From: Verrucomicrobiia bacterium
Lineage (GTDB): Bacteria > Verrucomicrobiota > Verrucomicrobiia > Limisphaerales > UBA1319
NCBI GenBank assembly: GCA_963664225.1
Contig: OY760937.1
Location: forward strand, 2,432,001 to 2,496,000
Direction: 5' to 3'
Length of the DNA: 64,000 nucleotides
In this document: one piece after another, positions 19,216 to 29,365 of the stretch
Layout: each line of letters opens with the position of its first letter
How positions within the stretch are numbered: position 1 is the stretch's first letter
Made by a program: the position numbers and the translations under genes
Notes under the pieces: model-generated
Seen by the model: the letters and a program-made list of their open reading frames with translations, nothing else
Databases searched by the model: none
What the model was told of the DNA's origin: nothing

Positions 19216-22200
19216 CTATTGGTTCAATCGGAACAACTTGTTTTCCGTGTCCAACGGGACGAGGACCTTATTCATGTCGCCATCCACCGTCACAGGCTGC
19301 TGAACCGGGGTCCAGTTGCCATTGATGCTGCCGGACTCGAGCACGAGCTTCTGGTCGGTGACCGGCCAGGCGACGACGATGTTTCCACCGTCACGCGCAA
19401 TGGTCAGGCTCGTGATCTGGCTGGTGAAGAATGCACCGGCCATCGTATTGCCCACGGTATCCTTGATCTTCTCAATCCATACCACCACCCGGTTATTGAG
19501 CGGGGCGGTCATGGCGATGACCACCGTCATGCCATCAGGTTGGAGTGTGGTTGAGTAAACCGGAATTCCCGCCACCGTATAGACGATGTAGTTATCCGCG
19601 TTTGTGGCAGTCGTCGGATCCACCGGCTCGTTGAACTTGACGATCAGGTTCGTCGAGTTCATGACGCTGGTGATGGAAACCACCACGGGAGGCTCCGTGT
19701 TCGGAGTGACGGTAAGCGTCGCCGAGGAGCTGATCGCCGAGGCGCCAGGAATGAAGACCAGCGCGCGAATCAGGGCGCCGTTCTCGATGGACTGCGGCGC
19801 TTGAATGGTCAACGTGGAACCATTGGCACCCGCGAAGTCGGTCCATTGGCTCGAACCGGCCAGCTGCTCCTGCCACTGATAGTAAACATTGGTCGAGGAG
19901 GCGTAAACAGCGACACTGAAGGTGGCTTTCCAACCCGCAACCACAGTGACGTTCACCGGCTGGTTGGTCACGAACAATGTGGCGTCCGGAGTGGCATAGT
20001 AGCCCACATAAGCGCCGGAGATCGGAGCCGCTCCGTTGCCCGGAGTGGTCGTCACGCCTGGAGCTGTCCAGGTCACGCTCACGTAGTCAGCACCCGTGCC
20101 CTGCGCCGAAAGGACTTCGACGTAGTAGGACTTGCCGGCTTCAAGGGCGACTGTGGCTGATTTCTGCTCGGCATTCTTGCCGTATTCGCGGAAACCGGTC
20201 GAGGTCGTCACTTTGGCGACAAGCGCCTTGCCCGAGGCTTGATCGTTGCTGCTCAGGTAGAGCTCGCTCTGGCCGGAGCTGGCGATGTAGAACGTGTAGT
20301 TGCCCGATTGCGCCGGAACAATGAAGCCCGTGAGGCGCTGGCTGTAGTTTTCCACACCTGTGTTGGCTACTTCCAGAGTGTTCGCGTAGCTGACGGAGTC
20401 CGGACTATTCGGATACTTGGCGCTGCCCTTGAGGTTGCTCAAAGGACTGCCAATGCCATTCCAAACTTCACGTTTGACAAGCGCCTTGCTGAAGGTCCAG
20501 GCGGAGAACGCCTTGATGCTGCTGGCAGGCACCATCAAACCAGCGCTGGATTGGACGTTTTTGACGGACAGGGTGTAAACCTCGCCGGACGTCTGCTTGC
20601 TCGTCTTCAACGTCACCATTGTGCGTGTGGAATCGATGGTCGCGCTCGAAACCGTCAGACCATGATCGAACACGTAGTTCCCGGCAACAGTCGCGCTGGA
20701 AGCCAGCATCGGCTCGCTGAAGGTCACGTAGGCCGTGTCCAGATCAGCGCCACCCGACACCGCCGCGATCGTCGGATAGGTGTAAACCACATTCGTGGCC
20801 AGTTGATAGTCGTGGAATTTAGCCACTGTGGTGGTTCCCACAGAATTATTATGGGCCGAGGCCGCCATACCCACGAGGACCTTGTTGGTGAACACCATGG
20901 TCAGGTTGCCGCGTTGTTCCCATTCGGTGCCATTGACGGAGCGCAAGACTGTGAATTGGTCGCCCATGCGGATCAACCGAATCCAGGCATTGGGATAGGT
21001 CACAGGATTGGCCGTGTTACCCCAACCCGTCGTGCCACCATTGGTGTCGGCACGATAGTTTTGCTCCCATTGATTGACGCCCGCTGTGGGACCGACAACC
21101 GCACTCAGATTCCGGCTGCCGCCGTTGGTGCTTTCGCGCACCATCAAGCCAGCCTTGGTCCAGTTGTCCGTGACGTAACGGAGGCTCTCGACGCGAACGC
21201 GGACATCGAAGTCACCCGTCAACTCCTGATAGGTGAAGTGGAAACCATCGGCATTGTTCCAAATGTCGCTGCCTCCGGCCACCATTTCGAAGTCCTTATC
21301 CGAATACCCCCAGCTCAAACCGGGCTGAATAGGATCCGTGAAGATCGGCAAGCCCGTCTTGGAATCGGATCCCACGGTGCCAATATCCGTATCTTTCATG
21401 CGGATGTTGGTGCTTGTGACTGAGTTGGTGCAGAGATTTCCAGCCAGGTCCGCTACCTTGGGCGCTTTGACGATGCGCGCCTCCACGATGGGCAACGAGA
21501 ACGTGATGCGAACGATGCTGCTTTCGGCACTGTAAGCCATGTTCGTGATCGTGCCACGGCCACCGGTGATGGTGTAATTGCCGGAGGCGGTTGCTGTTCC
21601 CGAGTTGAGCGGCTTGCTGAACTTGATGAACAGGTCGCGGCTGGCGTAGAGCGAACCGACAGAAACGATCGCCGGAGGAGTGGTGTCTTTGTTCACCGTG
21701 AGGGTCACAGTCTGGCCCACAATCGTCGCATAAGGAGTGATCACATCCACGCGATACGTGCTGCCACTGTCTGTGGTTGCCAGCGACGGAGTCGTGTAGC
21801 TGGGCGTTGTGGTGGTCGCCACGAGATTGGTCCCGTTTTGATACCACTTATAGAGGTAGGGGCCAGGGCCGGAAACCGCCACGGTAAACGTGGTTGCCAG
21901 GTTTTCCACGGTGGTGACGTCGCTCAATTTCGTCGTGAAGTCGAACGGAGCGGGAATCACAGGGCCGAAGCCGCTGAGGACCGCCTTGGTGTTGCCGCCG
22001 CCGCCATTGTTGCTGCCGACGCAGATGCCGACGTAAACGGTGTCAGGATAGGCGCCGCCGTTTGCAGCGGTGTCCCGTTGCGCATACAAGCTCCAATCCA
22101 CGCCGTTCGAGCTGGTAAAGCCGTAGATGATGGAACCCAGGCGAGCCAGGCGAATCCATGTGTTCGGATAGCTGGCATCCCGGCCGGAGGTGCTGCTCGA

Positions 22201-24810
22201 ACCGCCGCCATTGGAATCACGCCATTGGAAGGCATAAAGACCCTTGCCGCTGTTCAAACCGCCACTGGGTGTCGCAATAAGATTCACATTGCGGCTCTTG
22301 CCGTCGCTGTTGACGTCCGTGCGGACCATCCAGCCCGCCTTCGACCAATCCGCCGCTTTGTCAAGCGACTCAAGGCGAACTTTATAGTCGAAGTTGCCCG
22401 TGAATTGCTGATAGGCGAAGACCATCGAGTCGTTGTTGTTCCAGATATCACCCGTATTGGCCGTGATGCTGGCCTTGTCACCGGTGACCGAGGAACTGAA
22501 CGGATTGTTATTCGGAATGGCGAACCCGGCGACCGTGAAGTTCATCGCATAGAGACTCAGGGTCGTGTTGGCCACCACGTTGCCAGCCGCGGTGGTATCC
22601 TTGACGTTCTTCACATCAACGGTATAAGCCGCGCCCGAAACCAGTGCGGCATTGAGTGTCACCTGTTTGTCGCTCACCTTGGTGACCGTCACACCGGCAA
22701 CCGTGCCGCTCTGCGATTTGACCACGTAGTTGGCCGGGTTGGTCAAGCTGGCGGAATCCATCAACTTATTGAAGGTCAATGTGATGGTGTTGGTGTAGAA
22801 GGCCAGGCCCTGGACCGTCGGAATCGTGGAGTCCGGCGTGACCGTCAGCGTCGCATTGGTGCTGGCCGCCATGCTGAAGTTGTTATTCACAATCACCGTG
22901 TAAACGGCGCCATTGTCGCCCATGCCGGCGGCGGGGATCGTATAATTAATGCTCGTCGCACCCGAGATCGGCGTGCCGTTGCGATACCATTGATAGGTGT
23001 AAGGAGGCAAACCCTGGATGCCGCTGGTCGGCAATGTGAAGGTGACCGCATTGAGTTCGCCGACCGTCTGGCTGGAGGGACCCTTGGTCAGGCTCATCGG
23101 ACCGTTCGGGCCGAAATACTGCAGCGCAGAGGCGGGAATCGGGCGGTTCGTGTTGGTGATGGCGGGTTCGCCGGGCTTCTGCCAGGTGGCGCTCATGTTA
23201 AAGCCGCCGCCGCCGTTCTTTTCCACCAATTCGATATAATAGCGATTGCCGGCAACCAGGGGAATGGTCTTGGACATCTGCTCGGGCATCTTGACGTAAT
23301 CGTAATTATCCGTCCAGGAATTGTGACCCGCGATCACCACCTTGTTGGCGGGATTTTCGTCGGTGCTCAGATAGAGGAGGACACCGTCGTCAGCGGCCAC
23401 GGCGAACTTGTAATCGCCGGTTGCAGGCGCAACCAGGTAGGCCTGCATCTGCTGAATGGTGTTGTCCCATCCGCTGCCGCTATTGAAGCCTTCGAGGCCG
23501 CCGGTGCGGTAGTAGAGCGTGGTGTAATCGCCCGCCTTGAACGCGTTGTTATTGAGGAAGTCGTTGGTGCCGCCGCCGCCCACATTCGAGTAAGCCTTAT
23601 CCAGCACAACGGCCGGGAGGATGAATGGGACTTGCGTGTTCGCCACAATGGTATTGGGCGTCGTGGCAATGTCTTTGATGCCGCTGACCGTCAACACATA
23701 GGACGTGTTGATGCTCAGTTCGGACACATACAGATCGACCGAATTGGCCGCCGTGCCCGCCGTGGCGCCGTAAATCATCACACCGTTGTTGATGGAATAA
23801 TTGGCCAGATCGGTCAGGGTCGAGGCCTGAATCACCTTCGAGTAGGTCACCGTGATCTTGGTGGGGTCGAACATCGAGGAGGCGATGGAGGAAACAACGG
23901 GTTTGACGGTGTCGGGAATAACCGTCAACTTCGCAACGCGCGTCATCACCACGCCGCTCTTGGCTCCAACGAGCAGGCGGTAGGTGGTGCCATTGTCCGA
24001 GGGCTTCGCCACGAAGGTCAACGAGGAAAGAATCTCGTCCGTGATCGCGACCGTCGGGTTTGGCTTCTGCAGCGAACCGCGATACCATTGATAGCTCACC
24101 GGCTCCGAGGCATTGACGTCCGCGGAGAAGGTCACCGTGCTGTTTTCAGGCACGGTCATATCCAACGGCTGCGTCACGATGCTCGGATCCGCCCAATAGC
24201 TATTGGGATAACCCTGAACATACTGAAGGGGGATCGGCGTGGGAGTCGTACTTCCGGGCTTCAGCCAGGCGATCGTCACGAAATCGTTGCCCGTGCCGGC
24301 TTTGTGAATGGCCTGGAAATAATACTTCTGACCCCGCACCAAATTCATGGAGGCCGAAGTCTGGCTGCTCTGGGCAGTGTAATTGTGGTAGGCCACCGAA
24401 CCCGACACAGAGGCGACCTTTTGCTTGTTGGCCGGATTGACATCCGTGCTCATCCACAATTCGGAAGAATCAGCGCTGGAGATGTAGAACGTGTAAGCTC
24501 CGGTCTGCGGAATTTCAAGGAAACCCTGGAACATGCTGCCATAATTCTCAGGCCCTGGCTGCGTGGGCGGCGGCGCGCCTTCAAGCACGCCTGAAAGCAA
24601 CTCGGATTGCAGCAATGACCCGTCTTTATTGGGCCCATTCGGGAATATCTTCTGTCCGGCAGCGTTCGTCGCATCGGTCAATGAAGCGACAGTTGTCCCG
24701 GGAATATTATCGTAGAAGACTCGCAGAATGGAGCCTGCGTTGGCATAATCGACACTCCACCCGGCCAGGAGAAGCGCCAATATAGAGGCCTTCAAACACT
24801 TACTTCGCAT
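19216..24810 (-). CDS. Giant secreted PA14 / Ig-like / lectin-like surface protein (1864 aa)
   Basis: Signal peptide; three PA14-type modules (e.g. GAYTFYISSADSSELWMSTD, YKFAVAADDGVLLYLSTD); Ig repeats (YQWY); SbsA/Big_5-type repeats (NYSI, NYVF); two GDIWNN...WxKAGxMVR beta-sandwiches; ends KLFRLNQ. Confidence 0.85.
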   Translation of the reverse strand: MRSKCLKASILALLLAGWSVDYANAGSILRVFYDNIPGTTVASLTDATNAAGQKIFPNGPNKDGSLLQSELLSGVLEGAPPPTQPGPENYGSMFQGFLEIPQTGAYTFYISSADSSELWMSTDVNPANKQKVASVSGSVAYHNYTAQSSQTSASMNLVRGQKYYFQAIHKAGTGNDFVTIAWLKPGSTTPTPIPLQYVQGYPNSYWADPSIVTQPLDMTVPENSTVTFSADVNASEPVSYQWYRGSLQKPNPTVAITDEILSSLTFVAKPSDNGTTYRLLVGAKSGVVMTRVAKLTVIPDTVKPVVSSIASSMFDPTKITVTYSKVIQASTLTDLANYSINNGVMIYGATAGTAANSVDLYVSELSINTSYVLTVSGIKDIATTPNTIVANTQVPFILPAVVLDKAYSNVGGGGTNDFLNNNAFKAGDYTTLYYRTGGLEGFNSGSGWDNTIQQMQAYLVAPATGDYKFAVAADDGVLLYLSTDENPANKVVIAGHNSWTDNYDYVKMPEQMSKTIPLVAGNRYYIELVEKNGGGGFNMSATWQKPGEPAITNTNRPIPASALQYFGPNGPMSLTKGPSSQTVGELNAVTFTLPTSGIQGLPPYTYQWYRNGTPISGATSINYTIPAAGMGDNGAVYTVIVNNNFSMAASTNATLTVTPDSTIPTVQGLAFYTNTITLTFNKLMDSASLTNPANYVVKSQSGTVAGVTVTKVSDKQVTLNAALVSGAAYTVDVKNVKDTTAAGNVVANTTLSLYAMNFTVAGFAIPNNNPFSSSVTGDKASITANTGDIWNNNDSMVFAYQQFTGNFDYKVRLESLDKAADWSKAGWMVRTDVNSDGKSRNVNLIATPSGGLNSGKGLYAFQWRDSNGGGSSSTSGRDASYPNTWIRLARLGSIIYGFTSSNGVDWSLYAQRDTAANGGAYPDTVYVGICVGSNNGGGGNTKAVLSGFGPVIPAPFDFTTKLSDVTTVENLATTFTVAVSGPGPYLYKWYQNGTNLVATTTTPSYTTPSLATTDSGSTYRVDVITPYATIVGQTVTLTVNKDTTPPAIVSVGSLYASRDLFIKFSKPLNSGTATASGNYTITGGRGTITNMAYSAESSIVRITFSLPIVEARIVKAPKVADLAGNLCTNSVTSTNIRMKDTDIGTVGSDSKTGLPIFTDPIQPGLSWGYSDKDFEMVAGGSDIWNNADGFHFTYQELTGDFDVRVRVESLRYVTDNWTKAGLMVRESTNGGSRNLSAVVGPTAGVNQWEQNYRADTNGGTTGWGNTANPVTYPNAWIRLIRMGDQFTVLRSVNGTEWEQRGNLTMVFTNKVLVGMAASAHNNSVGTTTVAKFHDYQLATNVVYTYPTIAAVSGGADLDTAYVTFSEPMLASSATVAGNYVFDHGLTVSSATIDSTRTMVTLKTSKQTSGEVYTLSVKNVQSSAGLMVPASSIKAFSAWTFSKALVKREVWNGIGSPLSNLKGSAKYPNSPDSVSYANTLEVANTGVENYSQRLTGFIVPAQSGNYTFYIASSGQSELYLSSNDQASGKALVAKVTTSTGFREYGKNAEQKSATVALEAGKSYYVEVLSAQGTGADYVSVTWTAPGVTTTPGNGAAPISGAYVGYYATPDATLFVTNQPVNVTVVAGWKATFSVAVYASSTNVYYQWQEQLAGSSQWTDFAGANGSTLTIQAPQSIENGALIRALVFIPGASAISSSATLTVTPNTEPPVVVSITSVMNSTNLIVKFNEPVDPTTATNADNYIVYTVAGIPVYSTTLQPDGMTVVIAMTAPLNNRVVVWIEKIKDTVGNTMAGAFFTSQITSLTIARDGGNIVVAWPVTDQKLVLESGSINGNWTPVQQPVTVDGDMNKVLVPLDTENKLFRLNQ

Positions 24811-25001
24811 AGGTATCCTCTTCTTTATGATTGGTATTTACAGTACGTAACTGTCCGATTTGACCACAAACCTGAAACTCTGGCAACATAAAAGTAACGC
24901 GTTTAGGTGTTTTTGATTGGAACCCGTCCAAAATCGCATTTTTTGCCGCCCAATTTTCTGCTTGCAGGTCACTTGTCCGGCCATAGCCTCAATCCTGGTT
25001 C

Positions 25002-25017
25002 TGGCATCGAAAGTGCT
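25002..25017 (+). promoter_or_regulatory. Possible sigma54 -24/-12 promoter upstream of the VTC operon
   Basis: TGGCATCGAAAGTGCT has correct GG-N10-GC spacing, about 300 nt upstream of ATG 25316. Confidence 0.3.
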
Positions 25018-25315
25018 CTAACAATCCAATTGCCAAATAGACCATCCCAGGGATGAAGTGCGTCCATTTGGACCACCGTGACCTGGCGGTGACAGCGGGG
25101 GCGGATCAGGCGGTTTTAGCAAAAGGACTATTTGTGTTATATCATGTTAAATGACAACACATTAGAAATTATAACCGGCGGGGTTGTATATAAATAAAAC
25201 GGCCCTGCGGAATGCGGCAGCGCAGATGGAATGGCGGCTGGCATCTTTTTGATTCTGCCGATTCTTATTGCCTGTCAGGTTAAATTTTGGTGAATTCGTG
25301 TTAAATTAACGCGCC

Positions 25316-26209
25316 ATGTCTCAGGACAAAATGCAACAACAGCGGTTCGAGCTGAAATACAAAATCAGCGAGGATACCGCCATGCGTGTGCGAGATTTTG
25401 TCAGCAGCTACCTGATTCCGGACGAATTTGCGGAAGGAAAACCGAATTTTTCCTATCCTGTTCACAGTCTTTACCTGGATTCGGACGACATGCGCCTGTA
25501 TTGGGACACGATCAACGGAAACAAAAACCGTTTCAAACTGCGTTTGCGCTATTACGACGACAATCCCAATTCGCCGATTTTCTTCGAAATCAAGCGCCGG
25601 ATGAACAATTGCATCCTCAAGCAACGCGGCGGGGTGCGGCGCAATGCGGTGGGCTGGCTGCTGGCCGGGCATATTCCCGAAGCTTCGCATCTGGTTTCCA
25701 AGGAAACCAAGCCGATGGTGGCATTGCAGCGCTTCTGCCAGCTCATGGCCGAGATGGGCGCCAGCCCCAAAGGCCACATATTTTATATGCGTGAGGCCTG
25801 GATGGGGCTTTACGACAATTCGGTGCGTGTCACGCTGGATCGGGAGGTGGGTTGCGACCCGCATTTCAGCATGGAGGTGTCAACCCGCGTGACCAATCCC
25901 TCATTCGCTTTTCGACCCATCGTCATTCTGGAGTTAAAGTTTACAAATCGCTTTCCCGTGTGGTTTGAGGATTTGGTGCGCTCCTGCAATCTGGTCCTCA
26001 CCGGAGCCGCGAAGTATGTGGAGGGTGTCGACGCCTGCGGTTCAAGTATTTTTTACGGACGCCGTCCCACGCTGATCGAGGAGATGCAAACCACTCAGGC
26101 GCCGGAACCGATACAAAACGGCAATCCCACGCTGGATCCGGCTCCAGCAAGAGCGGATGAAGCCGTCGGACAAAGTAATTTAATCAAAGAGGAATTGAAT
26201 CATGGGTGA
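25316..26209 (+). CDS. VTC-domain (polyphosphate polymerase-like, CYTH/TTM fold) protein
   Basis: RFELKY, VHSLYLDS, RFKLRLRYY, FFEIKRR, YMREAW, RVTLDR, ILELKF and AKY motifs. Confidence 0.88.
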   Translation: MSQDKMQQQRFELKYKISEDTAMRVRDFVSSYLIPDEFAEGKPNFSYPVHSLYLDSDDMRLYWDTINGNKNRFKLRLRYYDDNPNSPIFFEIKRRMNNCILKQRGGVRRNAVGWLLAGHIPEASHLVSKETKPMVALQRFCQLMAEMGASPKGHIFYMREAWMGLYDNSVRVTLDREVGCDPHFSMEVSTRVTNPSFAFRPIVILELKFTNRFPVWFEDLVRSCNLVLTGAAKYVEGVDACGSSIFYGRRPTLIEEMQTTQAPEPIQNGNPTLDPAPARADEAVGQSNLIKEELNHG

Positions 26210-26888
26210 TTGGTTGTTTCAGGGCGATTACGCCACCGCGCCGACAAATGTCCCCTCCGTGGCGCTGGGACTGATGCTTGCCTTTTTGTGCGGGCACGTG
26301 ATTGCATGGGTTTACACCCACACGCATAATGGCTTGTCTTATTCCCGGAGTTTTGTGGCCTCGCTGGGCACCATACCCATCATCGTGGCGCTGGTCATGA
26401 TGGTGCTGGCCAACAACCTGGTGACCGCCTTTGGCATGATGGCCGTCTTTGCCATTGTCCGCTTCCGAAACGTTTTGCGCGACACCCTGGATACCACCTA
26501 CGTCCTGTGCGTCATCGTGGTGGGCATGGCGTGCGGCACGCAAAAATATGCCACCGCGGTTGTCGGCTGCATCCTGATCACTGCGGTGATCCTCTACATG
26601 CACTACACCCAGTTTGGCGCGCGGCATCGTTATGATTTGATCGTCAACCTGCATTGGGGCCGCGAATCCAAGGAAATGCCCGAGTTGCTCGACGTGTTTC
26701 ATCGCCACACTCAAATGGCCCAATGCGCCAGCCAGCGCTCCAGCGAAGGAGCCCCCGGCGCCGATTTGTCCTATCGGCTGCTCCTGCGCGATCCCATGCG
26801 CGTTAATGACCTGCTTGGGGACCTGAAACAGTTGCCAGGCGTATCCCGCCTGACCAGCATGCAGGCCCAGGACGAAAATGAAATGTAA
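26202..26888 (+). CDS. DUF4956-family membrane protein
   Basis: SYSRSF...NNLVTAFGMMAVFAIVRFRNVLRD...VGMACG plus a soluble C-terminal domain; overlaps the VTC stop. Confidence 0.85.
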   Translation: MGDWLFQGDYATAPTNVPSVALGLMLAFLCGHVIAWVYTHTHNGLSYSRSFVASLGTIPIIVALVMMVLANNLVTAFGMMAVFAIVRFRNVLRDTLDTTYVLCVIVVGMACGTQKYATAVVGCILITAVILYMHYTQFGARHRYDLIVNLHWGRESKEMPELLDVFHRHTQMAQCASQRSSEGAPGADLSYRLLLRDPMRVNDLLGDLKQLPGVSRLTSMQAQDENEM

Positions 26889-26891
26889 TCC

Positions 26892-28013
26892 ATGAGTTCA
26901 AAAAACGTCATCCCCACGCCTCCCGCCGTTCGTTGGCGTGAATTTCGCGTCAAGGTAGTCCCTCTCATCGTGTTTGTGGCAATGGCGGCGGCTGCCTTGG
27001 GGCTCTGGCGCCAATATGTGGTGCCCGTGAGCATGGTCGGGCGGGTCGAGAACATTCAGACCGATGTGGCCTGCACCCAGGCGGGTACCGTCACTCAACT
27101 CCATGTCAACCGCTTCGACAAAGTTTCGGCAAACGAGCCGATCGCCGAGGTGATCACCACAGATCCGAAGATCATGGCCGCGACACTCGCCGTCATCAAC
27201 GCGGAGATCGAGATGCTGCGCGCCGGCATCTCCCCTGCGGACGCGGCCCAGCGCACGACAATCAATTACGAGGACATGCGGATGAACTGGATGAAATACC
27301 GCGCGGACCTGGCGACCGCCCGCGTGAATCTGCAATTCGCGGAAAACGAGTTCCAACGTTCCGAGAAGCTGTACAAGGAAAAAGTCCTCTCCGCCTCGGA
27401 TTATGAAAAGGCGCTCTCCGTGCGGGATGCCTATAAAAAGGAGATCGATGAAAAAACAGCCCTTGTAGCCGGTGCGGAAGAAAGCGTCAAACGCCTCGAA
27501 AAAGCCACCTCAAGCGCCAAATTGCCAGAAACCCAATTGCAGGCCTCAATCAATCTGTGCGAAAAGAAACTGGAGGAGGCCATGGCTCAAATGAATCCCG
27601 TCACGGTGCGATCCCCGATGGACGGGTCCGTCATCATGATTCACCGCTACAACGGGGAAAATGTGGCGGCAGGCATTCCCATTGTCACCATCGGGGCCAT
27701 GCAGGCAGACCGCATTGTGGGTTACATCCGCCAACCCTTTTACGGCACCCCCGAAAAGGACATGCTGGTGCGGGTGCGCACGCGCGGCAGCCACCGGCGC
27801 GAAGGAATGGGCAAAATCCTCGCGGTCGGTCCCCAATTGCAACCGCTCAATGACGAATTCATGTCGCCCACGCGGTTGAATAACCTCGTCGAAATGGGAC
27901 TCCCGGTCTATGTGAGCATGCCGCCGGAATTAAAGTCCGGACCGGGCGAGTCGATCCGTCTGCACCCGGGCGAGTTCGTGGATATGACCTTGATTCCGGG
28001 CAAAGCCCTGTAG
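26892..28013 (+). CDS. HlyD-like periplasmic adaptor/membrane fusion protein
   Basis: N-terminal TM, lipoyl-like halves (AGTVTQLHV; VRSPMDGSV...GENV), long coiled coil, C-terminal LHPGEFVD. Confidence 0.8.
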   Translation: MSSKNVIPTPPAVRWREFRVKVVPLIVFVAMAAAALGLWRQYVVPVSMVGRVENIQTDVACTQAGTVTQLHVNRFDKVSANEPIAEVITTDPKIMAATLAVINAEIEMLRAGISPADAAQRTTINYEDMRMNWMKYRADLATARVNLQFAENEFQRSEKLYKEKVLSASDYEKALSVRDAYKKEIDEKTALVAGAEESVKRLEKATSSAKLPETQLQASINLCEKKLEEAMAQMNPVTVRSPMDGSVIMIHRYNGENVAAGIPIVTIGAMQADRIVGYIRQPFYGTPEKDMLVRVRTRGSHRREGMGKILAVGPQLQPLNDEFMSPTRLNNLVEMGLPVYVSMPPELKSGPGESIRLHPGEFVDMTLIPGKAL

Positions 28014-28045
28014 GACTGGATTCCGACCTTCGTTCCAATTTCAAC

Positions 28046-28070
28046 ACGCGGCCGGATCGGCCGGCCGCGT
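28046..28070. terminator. Hairpin between convergent genes, possible terminator
   Basis: ACGCGGCCGG-ATCGG-CCGGCCGCGT perfect 10-bp stem, with no clear U-tract. Confidence 0.45.
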
Positions 28071-28082
28071 TAAATCTTCCCT

Positions 28083-29270
28083 CTATTTTCGCAACCGCTT
28101 GACGAAGCGGTCCATGCGCTCCGCCGCGATCTCGAGCTTCTCAAGCGACGTGGCAAAACAGGCCCGCAGATAGCCTTCCCCGCTTGCGCCAAACGCGCTG
28201 CCGGGCACACACGCCACCTTTTCCTCCTGCAGAAGCCGAAAGGCAAACTCCTTGGAACTCAGGCCCGTGGAGCGTATGCAGGGAAAGGAGTAGAAGGAAC
28301 CCCGCGGCAGATGGCAGGGCAGGCCCATTTGGTTAAAGGCGTTGACAATGAAATTGCGGCGGCGCTTGTAGTGCTCGCACATGTCCTGCGTATCGGCCCG
28401 TCCGCGCTGAATGGCCTCGATGGCGGCCTCCTGGCTGACAATGCTGGCGCAGAGCATCGAATACTGGTGAATGCGCATCATGGCCTCGATGATCTCGGCG
28501 GGTCCGCAGGCGTAACCGATGCGAAAGCCGGTCATGGCAAACGCCTTGGAAAAACCGTGCAGGAACACCGTGCGCTCCTTCATTCCCGGCAGCGTGGCCA
28601 GGCTCACATGTTCGCCCTCGAATGTTAATTCCGCATACACCTCATCCGTGATCACCAGCAGGTTGTGGCGGCGCACCACGGCCGCAATCCCCTCCAACGC
28701 CTCGCGCGTCATGGTGCCACCGGTGGGGTTGGTGGGAAAGCTCAGGAGCAGCACACGGGAACGGGGCGTTATGGCCTTTTCGATGGCCTCGGGCGTGACC
28801 GCAAAGTTATTCTCCGCGGAGCAGGGAACCGGCACCGCCTTCCCGTGGGAGAGGGCGATGCTGGGCGAATAGCTTACATAGCAGGGTTCGTGATAAAGAA
28901 TCTCGTCTCCCGGATTAATGACCGCGCGCAAGGCAATATCGAGGGCTTCGCTCACCCCCACCGTGACCAGCACTTGATTCTTGGGATCGTATTGGAGGTT
29001 GAAATACTTGTTCAGATATTCGCTGATGCCCTCGCGCAATTTCCACAGGCCCAGGTTCGAAGTGTAGGAGGTCCTGCCCCGCTCCAGGGCAAAAATCGCC
29101 GCCTCGCGGATGTGCCACGGGGTCACAAAATCCGGTTCACCCACGCCCAGGCTGATCACATCGGTCATGCCCTGGACGAGGTCAAAAAAGTCCCGAATCC
29201 CCGAGCGCGGAATGGGGCGCACGTGGCGGGCAATAAAATCCTCTGGCTGGAACGCCTCGTTCATCCCCAC
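28083..29270 (-). CDS. PLP-dependent aminotransferase class I/II
   Basis: ISLGVGEPDF, YTSNLG, PTNPTG, DEVYAEL and GFSKAFAMTGFRIG (PLP lysine). Confidence 0.93.
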   Translation of the reverse strand: MGMNEAFQPEDFIARHVRPIPRSGIRDFFDLVQGMTDVISLGVGEPDFVTPWHIREAAIFALERGRTSYTSNLGLWKLREGISEYLNKYFNLQYDPKNQVLVTVGVSEALDIALRAVINPGDEILYHEPCYVSYSPSIALSHGKAVPVPCSAENNFAVTPEAIEKAITPRSRVLLLSFPTNPTGGTMTREALEGIAAVVRRHNLLVITDEVYAELTFEGEHVSLATLPGMKERTVFLHGFSKAFAMTGFRIGYACGPAEIIEAMMRIHQYSMLCASIVSQEAAIEAIQRGRADTQDMCEHYKRRRNFIVNAFNQMGLPCHLPRGSFYSFPCIRSTGLSSKEFAFRLLQEEKVACVPGSAFGASGEGYLRACFATSLEKLEIAAERMDRFVKRLRK

Positions 29271-29365
29271 ATAACAAAAGGAAAAAGCCCAAAGGTGAAA
29301 GCAAAAAGTGCGGACGAATGCGTTCCGGGTGTGATACCGTAGTCCCAGCAGTCCGGTGAAGGATT

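Noticed and set aside
21838..24594. 918-aa plus-strand ORF (and 394-aa ORF at 20239-21423)
   Set aside because: Antisense shadows of the 1864-aa gene, expected from GC-rich codon bias; no recognisable motifs.
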